Shown: piece after piece, positions 13,720 to 30,615 of the stretch
Position numbering within the stretch: position 1 is the first letter of the stretch
Layout of the letters: the number at the start of each line of letters is the position of its first letter
Source of the DNA: Eledone cirrhosa
Taxonomy: Eukaryota
DNA length: 64,000 nucleotides
NCBI GenBank assembly: GCA_964016885.1
Contig: OZ024742.1
Coordinates: 66,092,001 to 66,156,000, forward strand
Direction: 5' to 3'
Position numbers and translations under genes: made by a program
The notes under the pieces: generated by a model
What the model was told of the DNA's origin: nothing
Databases searched by the model: none
What the model saw: only the letters and a program-made list of their open reading frames with translations

Positions 13720-14557
13720 CATGTCTGTCTGTCCATCCGTCTGAGTGTATGTCTGTCTGTGTGTGCGTGTGTATGTGTGTGGTTGCGCATAACGGATTCT
13801 AGCGAAATTTCCGTATGCCGATTTTCAAAACCCAAAACTATGACAGAAAATATGTGTCCGACTAATTTGCAATAGGATGTAATCCGGAAACAGGGCATAG
13901 AGAAACAATCAACTCAACCGCATAGGCGGGTGTGTTTGTATTTGTGTATGAGTAAGTGTGTGCGTGCATGTGTGTGTTTGTGTGTGCGTTTAAAATGTTC
14001 GAACACACATCAACGACGCTATATATATATATATATATACATATTATAAATGCGACTTTACTACATATAAAGTCATTCGATCAGTAAATGTGTGTTGTTA
14101 TTTACAAATCTATAATCTACAACCCATCAAACACTATGTCTCTAAATATCTATACGCAAGCGGATATATGTATATTTTTCTGAGTTACACACAAGTAATA
14201 TTGTGAATGTCAGAGAGAGTAAGCAAGTTAATATTGGCGTGTGTATAGCAAACGAGAAAATCATCAAAGGGCCTTGCAGTTTCACCGACATGTGACTTCA
14301 AACACACACACACACACACACCTCTATCTTCCCCTACATGCACAAGCGTGTCAACTATGCACGCGTATCTAAATACATCTCTGGTGTTAAAGGTTGACAT
14401 ACAGAGAATCGGGATAACGCGCATATGTATATATATATATACATGCATTCGAACATATGAGCCTATATAAATGCACGCACAGTCTCGCACAAATGCGTGT
14501 ATATAGATACGCACACACACACACACACACACACAGAGACTACACATATATATATAC

Positions 14558-14653
<96 letters not shown>

Positions 14654-14656
<3 letters not shown>

Positions 14657-14825
14657 GGATTCAATCGGGGGTAACCGCAATACGTGGCAGAGTATAAATA
14701 TTTAATTAACAAATATAGAAATGATTTCTACAGGACTGGAACTGTTTCATACGAAGGAAATCATCAGGGCTCTCCTGATGATTTCGGATAAAAGAGTTCT
14801 AGTCCTGTACAAGCCATTTCTATAT
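14654..14825. mobile_element. Fold-back hammerhead mini-element, family A
   Basis: Two head-to-head CTGATGATTTC cores (minus-strand copy with GAAACAG; plus-strand copy degenerate); tail homologous to 6858-6924. Confidence 0.75.
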
Positions 14826-14858
<33 letters not shown>

Positions 14859-14931
14859 GTATATATGCTTATACATATATATATGTATATATATATATGT
14901 ATACATGTTTATATATATTTATATATAAATG

Positions 14932-14967
<36 letters not shown>

Positions 14968-14971
<4 letters not shown>

Positions 14972-15173
14972 AACCAGTAAGACCCCGACAGCTGAGCTCA
15001 AACTGTTTAGACGGCTAATTCTGGACTGTATATATATGTCCAGAATTAGCCGTCGAAACGGCTTGAGCTCAGCTGTCGGTGTCTTACTGGTTCCTATTAC
15101 CCACTCTACTACCTCAAGTATTGAGTACTTTGGTGCGTTATGGTCCACCTGGTTCCTTACCACATTTCCTTCG

Positions 15174-15175
<2 letters not shown>
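14968..15175 (+). mobile_element. Fold-back mini-element, family B
   Basis: Arms 14968-15026 / 15038-15097 with GAAACGGCTTGAGCTCAGCTGTC; tail nearly identical to 8644-8722. Confidence 0.8.
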
Positions 15176-15265
<90 letters not shown>

Positions 15266-15729
15266 GTGTGTGTGTATTCGTGTGTGTGAATGTATATATA
15301 AATATATATATATACGTGTATATATATTTTTACATATTATATATACAGGCAGGCACCGAACACGCATGTGGATCTATGTATGTGTGTGTTTGTGCAGATA
15401 ATGATTTTTGATTATGTTGATGATGATGTTGACGATGATGATGATGATGATGATGATAAGGGGAGGAGGAGGAGGTGGACTGTGATGATCTAGGCGGTGT
15501 TGCTGAAGCAGCTGATTGAGTAATTTGTGGTCGTCATAGTTACATCGATGTTGGTGATCCCCGAATGTATGTTAGTGAAAATGAAGGGAGGTGATGTATC
15601 ATCGTGTGGCATATTTCTACTGACAGGTGTCAGCTGAGTGGCACAGTGGTGCATGAGGGTGAAAGTATAGGGCTATTGAATATGGAGAGAAAGTGAGGCG
15701 TGAGAGAGAGAAGGAGAGAGAGAGGGGGG

Positions 15730-15772
<43 letters not shown>

Positions 15773-15830
15773 TTCAAGAGAGGCCGAGTGTAAAGGAACG
15801 CGTGTGAGTGAAAGTGAACGGTAGTATTGT

Positions 15831-15873
<43 letters not shown>

Positions 15874-15875
15874 AA

Positions 15876-15939
<64 letters not shown>

Positions 15940-16058
15940 TATATACATATATATATACATATATATACATATATATATACATATATATATACATATATAT
16001 ACATATATATATATATATACATATATATATACATATATATATATATATACATGTATAC

Positions 16059-16184
<126 letters not shown>

Positions 16185-16436
16185 CAAGCACACTAGCAAA
16201 CAAATGCGTATAAATATAAATTTCATTAGATATATGTATATATGTTGACGCGTCAAAAGTCACGAATATATGCATGTGTGTGTGTATCTATATAGATATA
16301 TATACACACATTTATATAAACATATATATATACATATATAATACATATATATATATACATATATATATATATGCATATATATATATATGTATATATATTT
16401 ATACATATATATATATACATATATATATGTATACAT

Positions 16437-16489
<53 letters not shown>

Positions 16490-16490
<1 letters not shown>

Positions 16491-16750
16491 TATATTAACA
16501 AATGGAAACTATATTTATAAAACCATATTTATTTCATTATACATATTTCAAGGGCCACCTAGACAAACTATGGTGCGCTCTCATCAGATAAAATATAATA
16601 TAGCTTAGTTTTATAAATAAATATTAACATACCCTGAAAAAATGCAACCATTCTGGTTGGAATCTCCTGGATTAATTGTTGAGTGCTTTATATGAGTTAT
16701 AAAAATATTTTGGTTGTTGTATCCCAACAAATTAAATATACCCTCTACAT
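16490..16750. mobile_element. Fold-back hammerhead mini-element, family C
   Basis: Minus-strand TTTTAT-CTGATGA-GAGCGCACC..GGTGGCCCTT-GAAA-TATGTATA-ATGAAA; plus-strand tail TGTTGAGTGC...TAAATATACCCTCTAC. Confidence 0.75.
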
Positions 16751-16856
16751 ATATATATATATATATATATATATACGCATACATATATATATATATATAT
16801 ATATCCTATGGAACCATCTTAGCTACCATTAGACATACATACATACATACATACAC

Positions 16857-16925
<69 letters not shown>

Positions 16926-16936
16926 TTATTATTAAG

Positions 16937-17205
16937 GATCTCAAATCTCACCGGGGGTAGAATTGCCTTCCATCCTTATGGGGTCGATAAAATAAAGCCC
17001 CAGTCACGTACATAGATCGATTTGATTGACTTCCCACCCCCTCTAAATTGCTGGACTTATGCCTAAATCAGAAACCATTATTATTGTTAATAATTAATTG
17101 TTTCTACTTTTGGCACAAGGCCAGCAATTAACCAGTACATTACTGGTACTTTATTTTATTGATCCCGTAAGGATGAAAGGCAAAGTTAACCTTGGCGGTA
17201 TTTAA
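16937..17205. mobile_element. Two tail-to-tail partial Deu/Nin-like SINE copies
   Basis: CCTTCCATCCTTATGGGGTCGATAAAATAAAG on the plus strand, then its reverse complement at 17100-17205. Confidence 0.7.
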
Positions 17206-17831
17206 TAATAAATAATGAGTCTTCTTACTCTGCCCCCCCCCCCCCCCCCTTTGTATCAGAGGGTCATCAGAAATTCTTTAACTCAACTTCGGTATTGAGT
17301 ACTCATTTCTATCAGACGTCAGCTACATACGTATATATATATATATATATATATGTGTATATTTATATTTACATTTATACTCATTTTTATACATATGTAT
17401 ATATATATATATATATATATGCGTGTGTGTGTGTGTGTATGTGAGTGTGTCTGCGTGCCTGTGTGTGTGTGTATGTATGTATGTATGTATGTGTGTATTT
17501 AAATATATGTTTAGACACTCATACAAACCCGCACACTCACAGATACACACACACACAACACACACAAGTATATGTTTTGTTTTGAAACCTATGGATTGGA
17601 CAAATACAGATCAATGAATAAGTACTAGAGTTTAAAAGAATAAATGTTCAGGTTGGTTGGTATATTCGAGCAATACCGTGAATTCGATGCTACAGCATGG
17701 CCGCGCGCTTTTGATTAAAACCAGTAAAAGAATATATATATAAAGATATATATGCATACATGTGTATATATCCAGTCGAATGGTTCAACACATATTCAAT
17801 GTGCGTTTGTGCATTTGTGTTTGTGTGTGTG

Positions 17832-17868
<37 letters not shown>

Positions 17869-17882
17869 GGGAGTGAGAGGGA

Positions 17883-17944
<62 letters not shown>

Positions 17945-18035
17945 AAAGATAGATAGAGAGAGAGAGCGAAAGGAGAGAAAGTGAGAGAGAGAGAGAGAAA
18001 AGAGGAGAGAGAGATATAGATTGAGAGAGAGAGAG

Positions 18036-18066
<31 letters not shown>

Positions 18067-18113
18067 CAGAGATAGATAGATAGATAGATAGATAGATTGA
18101 GAGATATAGATAG

Positions 18114-18208
<95 letters not shown>

Positions 18209-19956
18209 GAGAGAGATGCTAAATTTCAAGGCGTGAAATATAGGGTTGAGAAAATAAGGAGGCAACGGGTTGATAGAGAAAGAGGTTCGATATGATTAGT
18301 GTGACGTTATGTTATGTCAATGTGACAGGCAGTTGTTCCCTGTTGTAGTGGGTTCATACTCCAGCAACTATAACACTTGCAACATATCGGAGGCCTTTAT
18401 ACACATGTGCACTCGTGCATACTACACACACAAACACACACTTACGAAGAGGACCGGCATAACATGGATCATCACCATCACCATCATCATCACCATCGCC
18501 ATCATCATCATCATCATTTTCATCATCTTCATCATCATCGTAAAATTAAGTAAAACAACCACAAAACGACACCATCATCGACAACAATATACCCCCACCC
18601 CCACCACCACTATCACTAACAACAACAAGAGCAGCAGCAGTAGCAACAATTATAATATCTCAAACGGGAGTAATATATATTTCCTCAGCTTGAACAGGAA
18701 CAACAACAATAAGCGAAAAAGTCAACAACAACAGTAACAACAGCAAGAGAATTCCGAGTAAAGTGTCTGTTCCTAGGTGGTAACTCGATCTGCTAAAAAT
18801 AGCCGTCGCATCATAAATCACACTACTATTGTTAAAGGGGGCATATTGAATAATTGGTTAGATGGTTCAGTATGGCTAGTAAAATTTAAGACGTGATTGT
18901 CATGACGGGAAGTTATCTGGTGGTATGTTTTCTCCATCAACAATAGCCTGGGGTTAAATAACAGCACCAGCACCAAACAACAACTGTAACAAATGTCTAA
19001 CATAAACACAAAAATAACATACAGGATTATAACAGTATCATTACAAGTAAAGCAACAGTAACAAAAACAACAGCGACGAAGATCCAACGAGGAAATTTCA
19101 ACGTGGCTATAACTTTGACCGCATAGAAATAGCTGCTAAACATCCCTTGAATAGCACCCTACAGTCTTTAATAAAAGTACATATTGAAGAATATAGTCCT
19201 GGATACTATACAAATATATATATAATAAAATGCTAGGGTTGGTCATAGATGGAAAACCTTCAATAAGAGATCTGTTTGGCCTGTGGTTTAAACAAAATAG
19301 AAGCATGTTAATTGCAAAAACATAAAACACAAAACAATAAAATCGTAATAATTCACCCTTACCTCGCTTTCCATCTCTTGAATTTCATCAATAGAATCTG
19401 GGGTATCATCTTTGAGCCCCATCCTGTCAGCGGCGGGTTCGCACCCATCTGCCGGCAGGTAGGGTGCCAGATACGTACGTCCGCAATGTTTCGCCTCCAG
19501 GGTGGCACAGAGCGGCGCGTAGAGGGCACTCTGTTCCCAGATTTTGGAATACGTTGTTGTCGTTGTATGATGGTATTAATAGTAGTAGTTGTTGTTGTTT
19601 TTTATATTATTATGTGATGCAGCTGTTGTTGTTGTTATTGATATTGTTGTAATTTTTCCTGTTGTTGTCGTGACTGTTTTATATATGTGTATATAAATAT
19701 GTCTTGTGACGTGGTGTTTTGTTTGTTTAAATATTATATATAGCAAATCCAAACTCCAGCCAGTAAATGAATCCGATGTGTTTTGTTTATATTTGTTTGT
19801 TCTTCCTTGATAATTCGTTGGCTTCTAAACTATTATTATTATCATCATCAGCAGCAACAGCATTACCATTATCATCATCAACATCAACGATACTATTACT
19901 AATATTAGCAACAGTAGAATTATTATAGTATTCTTTTTAAAATTCCGTGGGGCGTG

Positions 19957-20078
<122 letters not shown>

Positions 20079-20165
20079 CTCCCTCTCCTTTCGATTTCAA
20101 GAAAAATAATAAACACACACACACACGCTCACATAAAAAAAAAAACGAAAATTGAAAAACAAAAG

Positions 20166-20226
<61 letters not shown>

Positions 20227-20270
20227 ATTTCTCAGAATTCCCAACAAGTAGTGAGTGTAATATATAAATA

Positions 20271-20325
<55 letters not shown>

Positions 20326-20382
20326 GTGTGTGTGTGTGTGTATAAATATGTATGTATATATGCGTGTATGTGTGTGTATGTG

Positions 20383-20429
<47 letters not shown>

Positions 20430-21177
20430 TATATACTCCGTAGATGAGGGAAATGTCTTAGTAGTGGTAGTAGTGTTGGTGGCGGTGGTGGTGTGCTCGT
20501 ATTAGTACTCCAAGGTATAATTTCGGTACATTTCTCCCCCTTTCTCTCCGCCTATAGACTCCCTATATTCCTTTTATATCATATATGTATAACTATATAT
20601 TTTTTCTTCGAAAACATTTCCCTTGCTCACGTTAAGTTTTTTTTCTCATTCATCTCTCCCTCTTCCATTTCATTCTCACTCATATTCTCTCTCTCGTTCT
20701 CTCTCTCAGTCTTTCTCTTTCACCGCTCTTTCTCTGCTTTTTTCTTTTTGTCTCTCGGTCACTTCGGCTCTCTTTTTCCCTCACTCTTTCACTCTATCTA
20801 CACCTCTCTCATGTTCTTTCTTTTCTTTAGTTTTTCCCGCCTTTCTTTCTATCTCTCTCTCTATATATTTCTCAACTCTATTTCTCACATAACCACACAC
20901 GCTGTCTGTCAGATTCGTTCGTCCATACTCACTCTAACAGGTTAACAAACTCCACGTCGCTGTACACTATTTTACTCCACCTCTCACTCAATACTCCACT
21001 CACACACTGATATTTTCTGTTCAGTCCCTCTCTCCACCACATACACTACACTCCATCCATCTTAGCCAACGCTGAGAAACGTACGTTTTAAAATAGACGA
21101 CTACACAAACCAATACACGTGTATATGTATTTTTCTGTTTGTGTGTGTGTACCAGATCGTATACATATATATATATA

Positions 21178-21216
<39 letters not shown>

Positions 21217-21544
21217 CACACAAAAAAAAATAACTACACACACACGTACACACAGTGTGTTTTTCTCTAGTTCTCTCTCTCTCTCTTTCTCACTCATACA
21301 CTCTCTCTTTCTCTCTTTTTCTCTTTCCTTGTCACTCTCTCTCCGGCGAAATCAGCTGTGTTCTGGGCATTAAAAATCGTACGGGAGCGGAGATTCGCTT
21401 TCGCTAACAAACATACGAAAACACAACATCAAGCTTGGATTTTTAGCAATGATAAAAGAGACAGACAGCGAAATGGAAAGAAGAACAGAAGTAGAAAGAG
21501 AAGGAAACTGTTAATATATATATATATATATATGTATACACACA

Positions 21545-21634
<90 letters not shown>

Positions 21635-21675
21635 CACACATATATATACACATATATACCCCCCCACACACACAC

Positions 21676-21745
<70 letters not shown>

Positions 21746-21939
21746 GAGAGAGATAGAGACAGAGAGGGAGATAAGAGAGAGAGAGAGATAGAGAATTGGT
21801 ATGTTTTGCGTAGTGAAGGATAGATAGATTGTACAAAAGGAAGAATGCTAAATAGTGTATGATGTATTTATATGATACATCTCTACGGGAAGGAAAAGAA
21901 ATAAAACCACCGACCTGTGCTATATAACACACACACATA

Positions 21940-22005
<66 letters not shown>

Positions 22006-22380
22006 CCTGTACATAGTTATATGTGTGTATGCAATTGTGTTTATAAGTGTGTATGTGTAGTTTAACTTAATGTTATGCTTGAACCACCAGATATCTGATC
22101 AAAACCCCTCCAGCCATGAACATCACGATTTATTGTTTTAGAAACACTTTAGTAGGATTGGTAATTTTGAGAGGTCGTGCAACCACGTAAAGTGTTTGCG
22201 TAGAAGCACACTTACCTGGACGGTAAATAGTGTACAACTTAAACTCAAATATCGACTACGGAAGGAATATTGATAGAAAGATACATATGTATACACAATC
22301 GGACACACATTCACACAAGCACTGACACATACAGACACTGACACGCACACGTGCACACACACACATACATATATTTATAT

Positions 22381-22800
22381 ATGCAAAGGTTATATTTAAT
22401 TTAAATATTTTTATAACTGATATAAAGCACTCAACAGTTTAGTAGAGTAAATATACAATATATTAATAAATGGAAACTATATTTATAAAACCATATTTAT
22501 TTTATTATACATATTTCAAGGGGAACCAAGGCAAATTATGGTGCGCTTTCATCAGATAAAATACAGATTTGTTTTATAAATAAATATTGACATACCCGGA
22601 AAAAAAGACAACCCTAACTGTTGGAGCTCCAACTGTTAAGGTTGTCTTTTTTTCCGGGTATGTCAATATTTATTTATAAAACAAATCTGTATTTTATCTG
22701 ATGAAAGCGCACCATAATTTGCCTTGGTTGCCTTTGAATTATGTATAATAAAATAAATATGGTTTTATCAATATAGTTTCCATTTATTAATATATTGTAT
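22381..22800. mobile_element. Fold-back hammerhead mini-element, family C
   Basis: ~170-bp arms centred on GGAGCTCC (~22627), a hammerhead in each arm, and a long tail 22381-22455. Confidence 0.85.
22497..22565 (-). ncRNA. Minimal type-I hammerhead ribozyme
   Basis: TATTTTAT-CTGATGA-AAGCGCACC..GGTTCCCCTT-GAAA-TATGTATA-ATAAAATA; stem I is a perfect 8 bp. Confidence 0.8.
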
Positions 22801-22853
22801 ATGTATATATATATACATATATATATATATATACATACAAACATAGACATAAG

Positions 22854-22912
<59 letters not shown>

Positions 22913-23755
22913 GGGCATGCACGCACACACGTGCACATGCACACATATGTTGGACACTCAAGTCAAGGACGACGGCTGAACGTCCAATTATATGATCAAA
23001 TTAACTACTTCCACTCCGAAGAATCATGTGAAGTGTCTGTAATAAAACAATTGAAAATACTCTTTAACGTAATACCAAAGTAGAGTTAGCGTGTCACCTT
23101 TAGACAAGGACGCCCCATTCAATTTCTAGTGCTTTCAACCGGTCTCGACACATTCTCCGTCTACCCAATGTCAGCTGCCTTGCCCGGAACCGCACAGAGG
23201 AATAGAAACTTGAACCCCAGCACAGCTTAATCTACACATACGCACCCACACACATACTCACACACACAGAGTCGTAATTAGGTGGATTAGCATTAGAGAA
23301 TCAGAGATTATTACCTTTGAGTTATTATGCATTATACAGGTTCTTTACGTTTTAAGTTCAAACCCCACCGAGTTCAGAACTAAGTTTTACCCACCCAAAG
23401 TCCATAATATAAGATGCCAATCATACCCTACAGTTTATTTTAAAATCCATATATATACTCTACGCGTATTGAAAATGGTTTGCTTCGTACAGTAGATGTC
23501 CCAAACCTTACCGAGATGAGGGGTTAAGTTGGCAAGTGAAGTGACACGTCATTTGGAATACTCAACAATCATATATATGTTATACATATGCAATACCTTA
23601 CATTATTGCCAACATACATACACAAACAAACACGCAAGCAATATCATTTTTGCATACATTCCAACACTAATGCGGATCCATTTAAAGTTATAACGCAAAT
23701 GAAATACACACACACACATACATATTTATTTATTTACTAACACATATGCATACGT

Positions 23756-23864
<109 letters not shown>

Positions 23865-24047
23865 CGATATATATAAATATTTATATATATATAAATATTT
23901 ATATATATATAAAAAAAAATATATATACACACACATATATATATATAAACATATATACATATATAAACATATATATATATATAAACATATATACATATAT
24001 ATATAAACATATATATATATATATACATATATATTTATATATGTATA

Positions 24048-24106
<59 letters not shown>

Positions 24107-25179
24107 GTACATACGCACACACATACAGCTTCATGCATATGCATGTGTATAAATATGTGTGTGTATATATATATATATATATACCTACATAAATGTATCC
24201 ATATATGTGCATAAATACACACACCTTGTCATACATGTACACATACACTATTATACATACATATACACAGACACTATTATACATACATGCACACAAATAT
24301 AGATCGATAGATGGTTATAGATGCAAAAAATAGGTTTCGACAGATAAAAATCAAGAAAATACGAGAAGTAAACGGAGATATAAAGATAGGTGTATCGGAA
24401 AGATTGAGGTAAAAGTAAAGAAATGCTAAAAGGGGGACCGATACAATGCGTTATAGATGTGGGGAAATTAGAATAGCATAGTAGTATATAATTGGTGGGA
24501 GAGGGGAACAGTTGGAGAGATATTAGAGTGCATGTGTTATTACATACAAACACACGCACGCACATACATAAACACAGACACATACACACACACGTATATA
24601 TATACACACACACACATATGTATATACAAATATGTAAATGTTTGCGTTCCTGTGTCTGCATATGTAAGTTTGTCTGAGCATTACCGTTTTCAACTGTGTC
24701 ATCGATTAGAACGAGACCATACTGGAGTTTTACCTTCTAATAAACATTAGATTAAATAGACGTCAGTATATTTTGTCTAATAATTTATATTAAAGGACCA
24801 AAAGGTTTGTAAAGGAATGGAGCACACTGTGGGATATTTCATCACAGAATACATAAGTCATAACTATAGACCGAAAGGGCTCACTTCCATAGCACTACCT
24901 ATTGTGCCAATGTAAGTCTCAACCATCTAACAAAAGCTCCTTTAGGCCAGTAAGTCTCCACCTTTGTTATGTCATTTACCCCTCGGCTTCATGTATTTTA
25001 TAATTTTTCACCTTACACTCATGCAAAAGTACAGATTAATATATGTTGTCATTCCATCGGTTCCGGCAATGAGTGACCCAGTTACTGGATCAATGGAAAT
25101 TAACGTGTAAGTGGCCAGGCATTCTACAGACATGTAGAACACTAATGCATTTCTCGTTGAGATTCAGCACGATACTATC

Positions 25180-27081
<1,902 letters not shown>

Positions 27082-27779
27082 GTGTGTATGTGTGTGTGCG
27101 CGTGTGTGTGTATTATTCTATATAGAATTGACTTCTGCAGGACTAGAAATATATAATTCCTATGAAATCATACAAATGTAACATTTCTAGTCCTGTAGAA
27201 GATATTTCAATATGAAGTAAAAAATTCCTATACACCTCGGTATTCTACATATATTCATGACACCACCTACCTCTAGTATACCTTAAAGAGCCCACCGTGG
27301 ATATCTACAGATTGGCCAATTGCTGAAAGTGACATTAAGATTACAATATCACACTGCAACCAACGTTGACAGGCCAGTTTAAAAGTGCCTCCTCCATTAT
27401 ACAGTGGTGGCCATGACAGGACCCCTAAACGAATGGTAGCAAATACATACATACACGGCCGATATATATACAGTGACGAGGATAGGGTTGGTGTGAATGG
27501 TGGTGGAGCAGAGGATGACCCTAGGTTTTCCATCCTAGGAGATTTCTACAGTGGGAATGTTTTCTTTTCTAGATTTTTCGTTTGTTTTCGATCTATCTAA
27601 CATCCGACCCACTCGCCAAACACTCATTTTCCCGAAAACGAAGGCGGAGAGTTAGGGTGACTCTCGGTGTTACATATTACATATTACAACCTTTAAATTC
27701 ATAGAAAAGCACCCGAAAATGGAATGGGGATAGGAAAAATCCTCGGATTTTCCCAGACTCGGAGATTTCTTCATTGGCA

Positions 27780-28240
27780 ACAACAGAGACAGGAAGGGAG
27801 GGAATTACAGATAATCACCTCTAGGACGTTTAAATTGATAAAAAAGCAATCCATTGATATTGAAGGACGTTTTGATCTTCCATCATTCTTTACTGTTGTG
27901 GAAAGTGTTGTAAACTTCATCAAGTGTTCCTCAATTTTGAAATTCACTATTCCAGCGATGAGTGGCTATGTGAGAGGGGAATCTTTGCCACCAAAAACAT
28001 TACAGTGAATGACAACATCAAAGATCTCTCACAAATGATTGCTGGAGGTAACCAGACGAATAAACCTATCTACGAAGTTGTTGACAAAGACGAAGCTGAA
28101 CATTATCCCTTTGAATATCTCAACAGCTGGAATCATCCAGTATGATACATACAATCTTGAATTCAAGAAAGGGACAGTCACCATGCTTCTCAGAAACGCG
28201 GACGAGTCATGATAGTGCAATTTAGCGCGTATGGTTGTGA
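27780..28240 (+). pseudogene. Helitron RepHel (PIF1-like helicase) fragment
   Basis: EWLCERGIFATKNITVND...VVDKDEAEHYPFEYLNS followed by YNLEFKKGTVTMLLRN resembles the Helitron ERAILAPKN...YPTEFLNSL...LKVGSPIMLLRN segment. Confidence 0.8.
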
Positions 28241-28354
28241 CTGAAATACAGCCTCACATTACCTCCCTCATCCCACATCTAGCTTACCGGTCGAGCCTCA
28301 CTTACGACACACGCGCATCTACAACATCTACACAACCCACAATACACACACACA

Positions 28355-28392
<38 letters not shown>

Positions 28393-29055
28393 GGTCCTGT
28401 TTCCATCATGGACTCAACTCCCCTCACCAATTTCTTTAATATTACACATATACGTTCGTGCTTACTTCTCTACCCTTTGCTCCATCACGTTTACCTCGTC
28501 CGTTAACACACGCGCTTGTACATTCACACCTAGATTCTTATGGTTATTTTATGCTCAGAAACATACTGTTATGGCTGATTGAGACCAACAAAATACGCAC
28601 ACACACCTTACTTTTCCTTTCACAGCTCTGTATATATACCCACACCCCCTTATATTAATATACTTTTGCCCACAGCTTCGTACTTACAAGCACACACACA
28701 CACCCTATTTTACTTACATATACAGACATATCCTATCTTCGTACGGACGTATAATAACATACACACATCCACACACACATGCGTGCGCGCACATGTATAG
28801 CTCTGTATACAAAACGATTTGTTTTCCATTTCAGGTACACACGCTCCAGTTTTCCAGGACCTGTTGTTTTGCTCTAAAAACATTTTTTGCCGATTCCGCC
28901 CAATCGTCGCTTTAATCTTTCTAATTTCTCATTATTTCTTCCGGTGACAGACTAGCGTCCAAAACATTAAGACCCTCTTCCTGCTATTTTAATCATTAAC
29001 CTAATATATTCCTTCCAATTCCTACCGATTGTGTTGTTATTTCTGTTTACCTTTT

Positions 29056-29088
<33 letters not shown>

Positions 29089-29097
29089 CATATATAT

Positions 29098-29725
29098 TTC
29101 GTTTCTGAATTTGTTTAGCAAGATTCTTTATCTGAAATCGTGTGTTGAAACCGATATTGTTATACTTTGGGAGGGTCATGTTGCCAATAAGAAACACACG
29201 CACCAGTTGCTTTCACTTCAATTTAATTTAATATATATTTATAAATTTACAAATTTATAAATTTCTGGTTGGTTGGTTGGTTCCACAACCAGATAGTTGT
29301 TTATATATATATAGTCATAGTTCTTTCGTCACACACTCTGTGACCTCTTCAGTGACTGGGGATTTCTTTCTTCGTTTCTGTGCCTTTCCTTTCTTCTATC
29401 CTACGCCATTTTGTTTCTGTGCCTTTTGTTTCTGTGCCTTTCCTTTCTTCTATCCTACGCCATTACAAAATGGCGTAGGATAGAAGAAAGGAAAGGCACA
29501 GAAACGAAGAAAGAAATCCCCAGTCACTGAAGAGGTCACAGAGTGTGTGACGAAAGAACTATGACTATATATATATAAACAACTATCTGGTTGTGGAACC
29601 AACCAACCAACCAGAAATTTATAAATTTGTAAATTTATAAATATATATTAAATTAAATTGAAGTGAAAGCAACTGGTGCGTGTGTTTCTTATTGGCAACA
29701 TGACCCTCCCAAAGTATAACAATAT
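29098..29725. mobile_element. Non-autonomous PLE fold-back (pseudo-LTR only)
   Basis: 261-bp arms 29154-29414 / 29465-29725 that look identical; terminus TGACCCTCCCAAAGTATAACAATAT and tail shared with the PLE at 3143-6704. Confidence 0.88.
29522..29566 (+). ncRNA. Minimal type-I hammerhead ribozyme (mirror copy on minus strand ~29313-29357)
   Basis: AGTCA-CTGAAGA-G-GTCACA-GAGTG-TGTGAC-GAAA-GAACTA-TGACT; predicted CUA cleavage after 29561. Confidence 0.82.
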
Positions 29726-29759
29726 ACATATATATATAAATATATACATATATATATAA

Positions 29760-30615
29760 ATATATCAACTAGAAATTGATTGACATATATATATATTTGA
29801 AATAAACGCATGAAACAATCACAGGGGATAATTTGTAAAGTGTGTAATCACATGTAGATAACTAATTAAAGTTTAACTAGAGCTTCAAATATTACCTTTT
29901 AAAAATGATTAATCCTCCTTGTATAATATATATTTCATTAAAGAAATATATTTCACCAATAATCCGTAAAGTCACAGTAGTCAAATGTTGGATCTTCAGC
30001 AAGGGGGAAGATTTAACTATCTGTGTTTACACATCAAATGCAAATCTGTGAGTGACCTGTCGCACGTGTTGCAATTCTAAAACTACTAACAACATGCTAG
30101 CGTACTCCCATTGGCGTGAATAGGGTGATCGACAGCTATAAATAGCAGCCGAGTCCTTTCAACTGATTTAGCTCTACAATTAAGGAGCCGTTCATATATC
30201 CAAAATATATCCAAAATTAATTAAATTAAATTAAATTAAATTAAGGGAGTCATGTCCGAGACATTGCCAAGATCCAAGATTTGACTACTGTAACTTTACG
30301 GATTATTGGTGAAATATATTTCTTTAATGAAATATATACAAGGAGGATTAATCATTTTTAAAAGGTAATATTTGAAACTCTAGTTAAACTTTAATTAGTT
30401 ACCTACCTAGCTATGTGTGATTACACACTTTACAAATTATCCCCTGTGATTGTTTTATGTGTTTATTTTAAATATATATATACGTCAATCAATTTCTAGT
30501 TGATATAAAATGCTCGGATCTATTCATTGGAATCATTGTGCTTATTCTACGGTGGATATGGCGCATGTCTCGGACATGACTCCCTTAATTTAATTTAATT
30601 TAATTTAATTTATTT
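29760..30615. mobile_element. Interleaved fold-back element, family E
   Basis: Arms 29760-29996 / 30269-30506 and a second pair 30215-30264 / 30566-30615; minus-strand CCTTG-CTGAAGA...GAAATATATA..CAAGG. Confidence 0.7.
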
